DNA of 64,000 nucleotides from an uncultured Planctomycetales bacterium (GTDB lineage Bacteria; Omnitrophota; Gorgyraeia; Zapsychrales; JANLHA01): NCBI GenBank assembly GCA_964374105.1, contig CAYJXI010000006.1, positions 2,177 to 66,176 of the forward strand, read 5' to 3'. Shown piece by piece: positions 6,712 to 14,517 of this stretch (position 1 is its first letter; each line of letters starts with the position of its first letter). The notes under the pieces were generated by a model. It saw only the letters and a program-made list of their open reading frames with translations, ran no database searches and was not told where the DNA came from. The position numbers and the translations under genes were made by a program.

Positions 6712-6842
6712 AGGTCGCGCTTAATAATTAGAAGCGAGGTCTGTGTTTCAATAGATTGCAGAGGGTTTTTAATTGAGGTAAAATGGACATAAGTTTGGGT
6801 AAACTCAATACGGTTCTGTGGAGAACAGAAAGGAAAAGAAAA

Positions 6843-7679
6843 ATGAAAAGAAAAATTCTCTTTGTCATTGCGTTGATCTTGCTTGCGGGAATTTTTAAGG
6901 CGAATGAGCTGATGGCATGTGTGACCATCGCACCAGAGGTGATGACCGCGGGAGTTCAATATGTGAGGCAAGGGAAGTCGCAGGAGGCGATCGTTGAGTT
7001 TAATAAAGGATTAGCGGACGGGTACAACAACCGCGGTGAGGCCTATCAGATTGCGGGACGCTGGAATGAGGCGATGGCGGATTTCAATAAGGCGACTGAA
7101 TTAAACCCCAATGATTCGAGGCCTTATCAAGGTCGTGCGCAGTATTACACCCAACGCGGGAAGTTAGATGATGCCCTGGCAGAGTTAAACAGATCGATTT
7201 CGGTCAACGATACTTTCTCCGGTGGAGGCTATCCTATGCGTGCCTGGATTTACAGAATGAAAGGTGATCTGGATTTCGCGCTTGAGGATTACAATGTCCT
7301 TTTTCAGAACGATCCCCAAAATCAGATCTATTTGGCACAGCGGGGTTTTGTCTACTATGAGTTAGGCGACTCGGATAAGGCTTTGGCTGATTTTAATAAA
7401 GCCCTTACGATCAATCCACGAATCCCTTTTGCGTATCTAGGACGCAGCTTAGCATATGAGGCGAAAGGGGAAAAAAAACTCGCTCAAGAAGATCTCGAAA
7501 AAGTTCGTCTGATCGATATAGGACTAGCCGAGGAGTGTGTTGCTAAGGCTAAAGATCTTCACGGGTATGGCCTAACAAAGAAGGCGCGCGAGTATTTGAA
7601 GTATGCCTTTATGATCAATCCTGCCCTTGAAAATCAGTATGTCGATTTCCTTAAGGAGTTGGATCAACTCAAACATTAA
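6843..7679 (+). CDS. Secreted TPR-repeat protein
   Basis: Signal peptide MKRKILFVIALILLAGIFKA, then repeated TPR-like units (AYQIAGRWNEAMADFNKATELNP, ALADFNKALTINP). The ATG at 6843 has an RBS. Confidence 0.7.
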   Translation: MKRKILFVIALILLAGIFKANELMACVTIAPEVMTAGVQYVRQGKSQEAIVEFNKGLADGYNNRGEAYQIAGRWNEAMADFNKATELNPNDSRPYQGRAQYYTQRGKLDDALAELNRSISVNDTFSGGGYPMRAWIYRMKGDLDFALEDYNVLFQNDPQNQIYLAQRGFVYYELGDSDKALADFNKALTINPRIPFAYLGRSLAYEAKGEKKLAQEDLEKVRLIDIGLAEECVAKAKDLHGYGLTKKAREYLKYAFMINPALENQYVDFLKELDQLKH

Positions 7680-7731
7680 AGAACGGCCCCAGTCTAATTC
7701 GCGAATAATTATAAACGGCCCGAAGGGAAGA

Positions 7732-9594
7732 ATGAGATTATATTTCTTAAATAACTATACAGTAGTAATCTTGGTTATGATCCAATTCTTTCTCTTTCTG
7801 AAACCAGAAGTGAGCCAAGCGTATGTTGATGAAGAGATCCTTCTTCCCACCGATATCGAATTCGTCCTTGAACCTGATAAGAAAGATTTTTTTCTCGGAG
7901 AAAACGCTCTTGTTCATTTTTGTTTGGAAAATAATGGAAGTGGAGTAATTAAATTCAATATCGGTGGAGACTATCGAGGAACTTTAGCAAGACATAATCG
8001 TTTCAAGATAGTTGTAAAAGACGAAGCAGGTAATATACAGCCTGATCCTGATCCATTGGGGGTGCATATGGGTGGATTAGGTGGAACATATGAACTTAAA
8101 CCTGGTGAAAATTGGTGTATATCGCTCCCTCTTGTCCGTTACGCCTCAATTGATAAAGAAGGGACATATACGGTAGAAGTAAAGCACGGCTTTGGTTGGA
8201 CGCTTCAAGAAGGACAAACATTACCTGTAGCAAAGACGAAAATTAGAATGAGAATGCCTTCTCCTGAACAGGCACAAGCAATTGTTGATGAGACATTTAA
8301 CCTTCCAGATAGGACTCATTATGTCTCTTGGGGTGACTGGGGAAAGAAGAGCCCTCCTGGTGCTGACTTCCGATCACTTCGATATCCTCTCTATTTGCCC
8401 TTAATAAAAGATCGAGCCTTAAGAGGTAATAAAAATGCCATACAAGCCATTGGGGAAATCCCAACTCTTGAGGCAACAAAAGTCCTTATTGAATTACTTA
8501 ATGGAGATGATCCAGAATTGTTATCTCAAGTAACGGGTTTATTGAACCGACGGCTGCCAAATTCATTGGAGTTAGGAATGGAGAACTTGGACAAATTGGA
8601 TGAGGAGACTCGTGATAAAACTGTTAGATATTTTAAGTCTTATCAAGAATTTTTTGATAAGACTTGGAGTGATGAATTAGAAGTTGACATCAGAAAATCT
8701 ATAAAAAAATTTTTGCAATCAGATAATGATCAAATTGTTTCTTTGTCCTCATTTTTGATAAAAAGTTTGGGGACAAAAGAAGACATCCCTGATCTTATAA
8801 CAGCGATTAACATTGCGATTTCAAAAATCCCCAACATCCCTCGAGAGGAAATGGTCTATCCTCCCAGAAGAGGCGCTTTATCCTCATTGATTCAATCAGC
8901 ACAGGAGTTGGTTAAAAGAGAAAAAGATGTGCCTGTTGACCCGAAATCTCCCGGTGAAATCGCGCTTTATTTAACGGCATTAGGAATCCATGATAATTTT
9001 CGGCCAGAAGGGTGGCAGGAAAAGTGTCTTGCTTGGCAAAAACATGAGAGCCCATTTATTGTTGAATTAACCATCAAAAATATGCCAAAAGAGATAAACG
9101 AAACAATAAAGAATAGTATTCTTAATAATTTGCAAAGTGAAGACAGCGATGTTTTAATTGCGTCTTGCCAAAAGGTTGTTGATAATGAGATGAAAGAGGC
9201 GAAAGAGCAAATATTAAATATCTTGAAGACAACACATGCTCGGTGGTTAATCAATTGCGCGGTTAATGCGTCCTATAAATTAGACTCAAAATGGGAAACT
9301 CTGCAAATTTTAGTTAGCCGGTTAGATGAATCGGATAAGTATGGGGAACTAATCGACCCTATAAGAAGGTTTGTTATTAAGGATGAATCAGGAAGTTCGG
9401 GAGGGACTACTTCGAGCGAAGATACCTTTTTGAAAGAAAGATGGATGAAATTTTTAGAGAAACATGACGAAAGGATTAAGGCAGGCAACCTGTTTTCTTT
9501 TCAAGATAAAGAAATTACGCCAGATCTATTTCCTGGTTACCATTGGTTTTTAAAAGACGGGACTAGCTGGCCGCCACCCGAAGAGTCGAAGTAG
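7732..9594 (+). CDS. Secreted HEAT/PBS-lyase-like repeat protein
   Basis: Signal-like N-terminus MRLYFLNNYTVVILVMIQFFLFLKPEVSQA. HEAT-like unit: NKNAIQAIGEIPTLEATKVLIELLNGDDPEL. ATG at 7732 with a GAAGGGAAG RBS. Confidence 0.5.
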   Translation: MRLYFLNNYTVVILVMIQFFLFLKPEVSQAYVDEEILLPTDIEFVLEPDKKDFFLGENALVHFCLENNGSGVIKFNIGGDYRGTLARHNRFKIVVKDEAGNIQPDPDPLGVHMGGLGGTYELKPGENWCISLPLVRYASIDKEGTYTVEVKHGFGWTLQEGQTLPVAKTKIRMRMPSPEQAQAIVDETFNLPDRTHYVSWGDWGKKSPPGADFRSLRYPLYLPLIKDRALRGNKNAIQAIGEIPTLEATKVLIELLNGDDPELLSQVTGLLNRRLPNSLELGMENLDKLDEETRDKTVRYFKSYQEFFDKTWSDELEVDIRKSIKKFLQSDNDQIVSLSSFLIKSLGTKEDIPDLITAINIAISKIPNIPREEMVYPPRRGALSSLIQSAQELVKREKDVPVDPKSPGEIALYLTALGIHDNFRPEGWQEKCLAWQKHESPFIVELTIKNMPKEINETIKNSILNNLQSEDSDVLIASCQKVVDNEMKEAKEQILNILKTTHARWLINCAVNASYKLDSKWETLQILVSRLDESDKYGELIDPIRRFVIKDESGSSGGTTSSEDTFLKERWMKFLEKHDERIKAGNLFSFQDKEITPDLFPGYHWFLKDGTSWPPPEESK

Positions 9595-9772
9595 TAATCA
9601 TTTTTGTTATACTGGACAAGTCAATGGGTTCTAACTTCGTCTCGCCAGTGCTCCTTAATGAAAGTTGACATTTCTCTTTGTCTTCACCCAAGGTGAAATG
9701 GGTGGCAGGCAAATTCCGATTTTCGATATGGATTTCCATTTTAAGCCTCCTGCCAATCATGAAATCCTCAAT

Positions 9773-10022
9773 TTTTAAATCTAAGACTTTTACACTAAAC
9801 ACGAGAGAACCTATTTTTGTTTGACAAATGGGAGATCCTGCCTTACTTTATAAAGGCGAATTCACTGTAACGGATCAATTTTTCAATTTCATGAACATCT
9901 TTCGTACGAGAAACTGTAAGTAAGACAATCCAAAGCTGGATTGTCTTTTTTTATTTTTAAAATTTTGAACCGAGTGTATTATTGGAGGAATTGTTTATGA
10001 AAAGAATTTTCCTATATTTGAT
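9773..10022. repeat. 250-bp direct repeat, copy 1. The last 201 nt (9822-10022) are 100% identical to 14317-14517. It contains a solo ISL3-IRR-like 40-nt segment followed by the MORN-gene promoter, RBS and the first 9 codons (MKRIFLYLI, then a stop)
   Basis: Direct comparison with 14268-14517. The first 40 nt carry a few mismatches (2-4) (aatctaagacttttacactaaacacgagagaacc versus aatctaagactcttacactaaatacgaaagaacc). The rest is identical. Confidence 0.85.
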
Positions 10023-10536
10023 TTGATGACTGCTTGATAGCGGTACATATTATTTTTCCCCCTTTCGTTGATGAACGCGAAAATCGACTGCGTCCCGAAG
10101 GGTCGACCTTTGCCGACATTATAGCATGCGTTTTTCTATCCGCAAACCATACTGCAGGATAAATCTTCTGACCCGGGCCGGTATTCATTTTCTTAAAATT
10201 ATTTTAATACCACATGAGCCAGAACGCATTGTGGACAGGAACGTTATCGTTTAAAGGGAAAGCGTTTTCCCCTCAATATGCCGCCCTCTTGTAACTAGGG
10301 TATTGATAAGGTATATTTATTACAAGAGATACAAACAGCAAATTATGTGTTCTTTAAAAATTTTATCGTAAACGGCCATTGTAAAAAGTAAACTGCTCGC
10401 AAGGGTAGGACCCCTGGATCACCTGGTTCAGGGCGTTGTCCTGATGGCGGACAACGACAAAGCTATAGGGCCCTGCCGCCTTCTAAAAGAGGCGGGGTTG
10501 CCAGTTGCCAATGGATTAAACTTTTAACTACCCAAA

Positions 10537-10574
10537 CCTATTCTTCGAGTTGCGGAATAGGTTTTTTATTTTGT
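10537..10574 (+). terminator. Rho-independent terminator-like hairpin (CCTATTCttcgagttgcgGAATAGG plus a T-run), immediately upstream of the 744-aa gene
   Basis: 7-bp perfect stem followed by TTTTTTATTTT. No annotated ORF lies upstream of it on the + strand in 10025-10536. Confidence 0.5.
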
Positions 10575-10608
10575 CCGGGATTTTTTATCTCAAGGGAGTT
10601 GTATTGCT

Positions 10609-12843
10609 GTGAAAAAAATTACTTTGTCGATAGCGATTGCACTGTTCCTCTGTTCATCGGTGTATGGGGAATCGATAACGCTTACGACCTACTACCCCGC
10701 ACCATTTGGCGCCTACGCGCGCTTGCATCTGGTGCCGATGCCTAGTATATCCGAACCTTGTATTCCCGGGACTATGTATGTCACCACGAACTTTGAGTTA
10801 CTGCTCTGTCATGGGGATGGGACCTTTGGACGTGTGGATTTGTGGGAGCAATTCAAGGACCCAGGCCCGCCCGCCGTCAATTGGGTTTTCCCCGCAGACA
10901 CAGATTTGAACCTAAAGGTCGGCATTGGGACCCAGTCGCCAGGATTTACTCTTCACGTTGAAAATGCCGGCGGCATCCTTGCTTGGAAGGATCCGGCTGT
11001 ATCCTCGGATCCGCTTCCCGCCTCGGTCAATGGACCGGGAATAAAATTCTTCTTTCACCCCTATAAAGGAGGGGCCTTGCGCGCGGGGCGTATTGGCTGG
11101 GCCGGCACGGATGATTATTGGGACGATGCAAATATCGGTGTCAACTCAGTTGCCTTCGGACATAGTACAAGAGCAACTCAGTCATATTCCACTGTCAGTG
11201 GAGGACAGCTTAATGACAACACCGCTATTTATGGAACTATTGGGGGTGGTTGGTCCAATACTGTCTCTGGAGGAGCAGTGGAAATTGCTCCCACAGTTGG
11301 TGGTGGCTATGGGAACCAAGCCACAAAACAATATGCGACAGTTGGTGGAGGAACATTAAATACAGCTACGGCAAATCATGCTACTGTTGGCGGTGGGAAT
11401 AATAACCATGCCACGAATATCTCCTCTATTGTTGGGGGTGGTGCTGCGAATAATGCAACTGGCAACTCTTCTGCAATTACCGGAGGGAGTGGAAATACTG
11501 CTGATGGAAATTATTCTTTTATCGGTGGCGGTAACAGTAACAGTGCAGGAACGGCGAGCACAAACACTTATTCCACTGTTGTTGGGGGACGCAATAACGT
11601 TGCTAGTGGGACTTATGCAACCATTGGGGGTGGAGGCGGTCCCCTGGCGGCCGGTAGTGATAGGTCAATAGGTTTCACTGGTAATTTGGCCAGCGGAGGG
11701 AATTCTACAGTTGGTGGTGGTGTGGGCAACTGGGCCCTTGATTCATGGGCAACAGTTGCGGGAGGGCAAGAGAACACAGCTGACCACTTAGGTTTTGTTG
11801 GTGGAGGAAGTCATAACAATGCCTATGGTTATGCCGCTGCTATTAGTGGCGGGGTCAATAACAGAATTGGGATTAGCGGTAACACGGCTTCAGCAGCTGA
11901 GGGATTTATTGGTGGAGGTATTAGCAATGTCATTGAAGGAGGTTCTACAGACTCCGCAACGATCTGTGGTGGTACTGGTAATAAAATCGAAGGAGGAAAA
12001 GATTATGCTTCCATATTAGGTGGGACTGCTAATAGGGCTAGGGGATGGTATTCTTCTGTCATTGGTGGCTTTCAGAGTGAAGCCAACGGGGACTATGCGA
12101 TTGCCGGAGGAAATTATTCCATTGCCAATGGCACTGCGTCTTTGGCTATTTGCAATGGTAATTGCGAGGCCAACGGAAATTCTTCTTTTGTCATGGGAGG
12201 AGGTACCGCCGACGGATTAGGATCCGTTATATTTTGGGCCCCTGCCACTGGTATCAATGTACCTGACGCAGATGGGGATTATAGTTTTATCGGAGGAGGT
12301 GGAGGAATCGATACCTCTGCCCTAGCAGACAGTACCTTTGTCTGGGGAAAACACCTTGGTTTTGGCATCACGATTAGTGAGCCCAATGGCTTCTTTATCT
12401 TCCCAGGAGATGTGCGGGGGAATGTTGGCATCGGCGTCACCAGCACGGCAGGGTTTAGACTCAATGTCAATGGAGCCACTGCCAATACAACCGGTGTTTG
12501 GGCGAATCTCTCCGATGGACGTTTAAAAAAGAATATCAACCCCTTAGAAGAAGGATCTTTGGATAAAATCCTTCAGTTGCGGGGCGTAAATTTCGAATGG
12601 AAAGACCCTCAGTATGGCAACGTTACAGGGTCGCAGAAAGGATTTATTGGTCAAGAGGTTGAGGAAGTTTTTCCGGAATGGGTCATCACTGATGGGAATG
12701 GCTATAAGGCCTTAAATCCCGTTGGCATCAACGCTGTTTTTGTCGAGGCCTTTAAGGAATTGAATGCTAAAGTGGATGTCTTAAAAGAAGAAAATGAAAA
12801 TCTAAAAAGCCGGATCAAGGAATTAGAAGGAAAAGTCCAGTAA
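10609..12843 (+). CDS. Secreted Gly-rich beta-helical repeat protein with a C-terminal tail-fibre/endosialidase intramolecular chaperone domain (Peptidase_S74, PF13884-like)
   Basis: GTG start and signal peptide MKKITLSIAIALFLCSSVYG. Dozens of short repeats of the form (S/A)xVGGGxxNxAxGxxS. The C-terminus reads SDGRLKKNINPLEEGSLDKILQLRGVNFEWKD...KGFIGQEVEEVFPEWV...GYKALNPVGINAVFVEAFKELNAKVDVLKEENENLK. This matches the auto-processing chaperone motif (sDrrlKenI.pl...l..L.pv.y.wk....hiGfIAqEve.v.Pe.V). Confidence 0.7.
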   Translation: MKKITLSIAIALFLCSSVYGESITLTTYYPAPFGAYARLHLVPMPSISEPCIPGTMYVTTNFELLLCHGDGTFGRVDLWEQFKDPGPPAVNWVFPADTDLNLKVGIGTQSPGFTLHVENAGGILAWKDPAVSSDPLPASVNGPGIKFFFHPYKGGALRAGRIGWAGTDDYWDDANIGVNSVAFGHSTRATQSYSTVSGGQLNDNTAIYGTIGGGWSNTVSGGAVEIAPTVGGGYGNQATKQYATVGGGTLNTATANHATVGGGNNNHATNISSIVGGGAANNATGNSSAITGGSGNTADGNYSFIGGGNSNSAGTASTNTYSTVVGGRNNVASGTYATIGGGGGPLAAGSDRSIGFTGNLASGGNSTVGGGVGNWALDSWATVAGGQENTADHLGFVGGGSHNNAYGYAAAISGGVNNRIGISGNTASAAEGFIGGGISNVIEGGSTDSATICGGTGNKIEGGKDYASILGGTANRARGWYSSVIGGFQSEANGDYAIAGGNYSIANGTASLAICNGNCEANGNSSFVMGGGTADGLGSVIFWAPATGINVPDADGDYSFIGGGGGIDTSALADSTFVWGKHLGFGITISEPNGFFIFPGDVRGNVGIGVTSTAGFRLNVNGATANTTGVWANLSDGRLKKNINPLEEGSLDKILQLRGVNFEWKDPQYGNVTGSQKGFIGQEVEEVFPEWVITDGNGYKALNPVGINAVFVEAFKELNAKVDVLKEENENLKSRIKELEGKVQ

Positions 12844-12922
12844 TCAATCTGCAATTGATTGGACATCCTTTTGATTAAACGACAGGTTCAGCAGTAAAAC
12901 AAATTCTCCTTTTGGTTTTTTC

Positions 12923-14306
12923 CCCTCTTTCGTATTAAGCGTAAATGAATTGATGTAAAGATTTAAAAGGCAATTGGAAAGAAAAAAGCATCGTTTGCCA
13001 AGAAGAACTGATAAAGTTTGTTTAGAGACGAACTGATCAGGAGGCAAAACGATGCAAGGATATAGTATCAGGAAGGCGTTCAAATTTCCAGAGTACAAAA
13101 TAACCGAGATAATAGAGCAGACTGAAAAAGAGATTCATATACGGATCGAGCCATATAAGCGCAAGGCATTTATCTGTTCAGGATGTGGGAATGTGCACGG
13201 TGGAATGCCGCGTGGGATGACGGAAATGGTCGCAGAAGATCTGCGGCTAACTGACAAGCGAGTTTATTTGCATGTGATTAAGCGACGGCGAGGATGTCCT
13301 AAAGATGGCCAGATTCATGTTGAAGCTATTGAATGGTTAAAACCGCGATCCCGAGTGACAAACAGATTAGCGCAAGAAGTGTATCGACTGACAGCAATCA
13401 CGACGAACAAAGAAGCTGGGTGGTATCTGGGATTGGATGATGAAAAAGTGTACAGGATTGATCGGGAAAAGTTGGAGGAATTATTCCAAAAGTATTTGGT
13501 CCCTCCCCCTGCGGCAAGAAACATGAGTGTCGATGAAGTGTCGTGGCTAAAGTATCACCGTTATTTGACGAATGTCATTGATACGGACATTAAGAAGGTG
13601 GTGTGGAACGATCAGGGGCGAAAGGCGGAAGTTTTAGACAGATACTACAGGGGTATTGGAGCGGAGAATTGTGAAAAGATTGAGTCTGTGGCGTTAGATG
13701 GAGCCCGGACATATATCAGCTCGATGAATGAACATGCCAGGAGAGCCTTGATTGTTTACGATAAATTCCACGTGGTCCAGAAATTAAATATGGCGGTGGA
13801 TACGGTGCGCCGACAAGAATTGCGGAAGGCACGAGACAGTCACCGGGATGATCTTATTGAGATGCTGGATTGCCATCAACGGTTTATCTTACTGAAGAAC
13901 AAAGCGAATCTAACACAGAAGCAAGCCGATCATTTGAAGCGTTTATGCGAGGTCAACGAGCCGATTTACAAGGCCATGCTTCTCAAAGAAAGTTTTCAAG
14001 AGGTTTATGGGCACAATGATGAAATGAAAGTCAAAGAATGCTTAGAGGCCTGGATTGACCAAGCGGTATTGAGCGGACTTGAGGTTTTCAAGGGATTAGC
14101 CGAAAGCTTCCGGGATAAAATGTAATACATTCTTAATTGGTTTAAGAAAAGAATCAGCTCAGCCATCTCGGAAGGGTTTAATAATAAAATCAAACGGCTT
14201 AAACGCATGGCGTACGGTTATCGAGATGCCGGGTACTTCCTGCTGAAAATTCACCAACATTGCGGACTTTTAAATCTAAGACTCTTACACTAAATACGAA
14301 AGAACC
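12923..14306 (+). mobile_element. ISL3-family insertion sequence (about 1.38 kb) with imperfect terminal inverted repeats of about 45 nt
   Basis: IRL from 12923 is CCCTCTTTCGTATTAAGCGTAAA...AGATTTAAAAGGCAATTGG. The reverse complement of IRR, ending at 14306, is GGTTCTTTCGTATTTAGTGTAAGAG...AGATTTAAAAGTCCGCAATGTTGG. The termini resemble the canonical ISL3 GGCTCTTTCG ends. Confidence 0.7.
13052..14125 (+). CDS. ISL3-family DDE transposase. It is interrupted by an in-frame TAA at 14123-14125; homology continues in the same frame to about 14299
   Basis: N-terminal zinc finger (CSGCGNVHGG) and central MSVDEVSWLKYHRYLTNVIDTD...VALDGARTYISSMNEHARRALIVYDKFHVVQKLN, which is the ISL3 DDE core. After the stop, the same frame reads YILNWFKKRISSAISEGFNNKIKRLKRMAYGYRDAGYFLLKI, which is the conserved ISL3 C-terminal block (nGfvEGlNnKIKliKRraYGfrnf.nf.lri). 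Confidence 0.75.
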   Translation: MQGYSIRKAFKFPEYKITEIIEQTEKEIHIRIEPYKRKAFICSGCGNVHGGMPRGMTEMVAEDLRLTDKRVYLHVIKRRRGCPKDGQIHVEAIEWLKPRSRVTNRLAQEVYRLTAITTNKEAGWYLGLDDEKVYRIDREKLEELFQKYLVPPPAARNMSVDEVSWLKYHRYLTNVIDTDIKKVVWNDQGRKAEVLDRYYRGIGAENCEKIESVALDGARTYISSMNEHARRALIVYDKFHVVQKLNMAVDTVRRQELRKARDSHRDDLIEMLDCHQRFILLKNKANLTQKQADHLKRLCEVNEPIYKAMLLKESFQEVYGHNDEMKVKECLEAWIDQAVLSGLEVFKGLAESFRDKM

Positions 14307-14517
14307 TATTTTTGTTTGACAAATGGGAGATCCTGCCTTACTTTATAAAGGCGAATTCACTGTAACGGATCAATTTTTCAATTTCATGAACATCTTTCGT
14401 ACGAGAAACTGTAAGTAAGACAATCCAAAGCTGGATTGTCTTTTTTTATTTTTAAAATTTTGAACCGAGTGTATTATTGGAGGAATTGTTTATGAAAAGA
14501 ATTTTCCTATATTTGAT
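14268..14517. repeat. 250-bp direct repeat, copy 2. It overlaps the ISL3 IRR and continues into the promoter and 5' end of the intact MORN-lipoprotein gene
   Basis: See copy 1. Confidence 0.85.

Noticed and set aside
6546-6971. 141-aa minus-strand ORF spanning the ORF6N remnant and TPR gene start
   Set aside because: It overlaps two better-supported + strand features and has no start context or domain. It is likely spurious.
9563-9802. Minus-strand 79-aa ORF read as a second ISL3 transposase N-terminal remnant (KMEIHIENR versus EKEIHIRIE)
   Set aside because: The similarity is limited to about 6 residues. The ORF's 5' end is simply read-through of the 250-bp repeat and solo-IR segment. There is no zinc-finger or DDE block, so it is most likely a spurious ORF.
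12950-12977. AGATTTAAAAG shared by IS left end and 9771-9785 as evidence that the first repeat copy is an IRL
   Set aside because: The match is an 11-nt AT-rich string. The fuller alignment shows the copy-1 segment is IRR-like (TAGTGTAAAAGTCTTAGATTTAAAA), not IRL-like.
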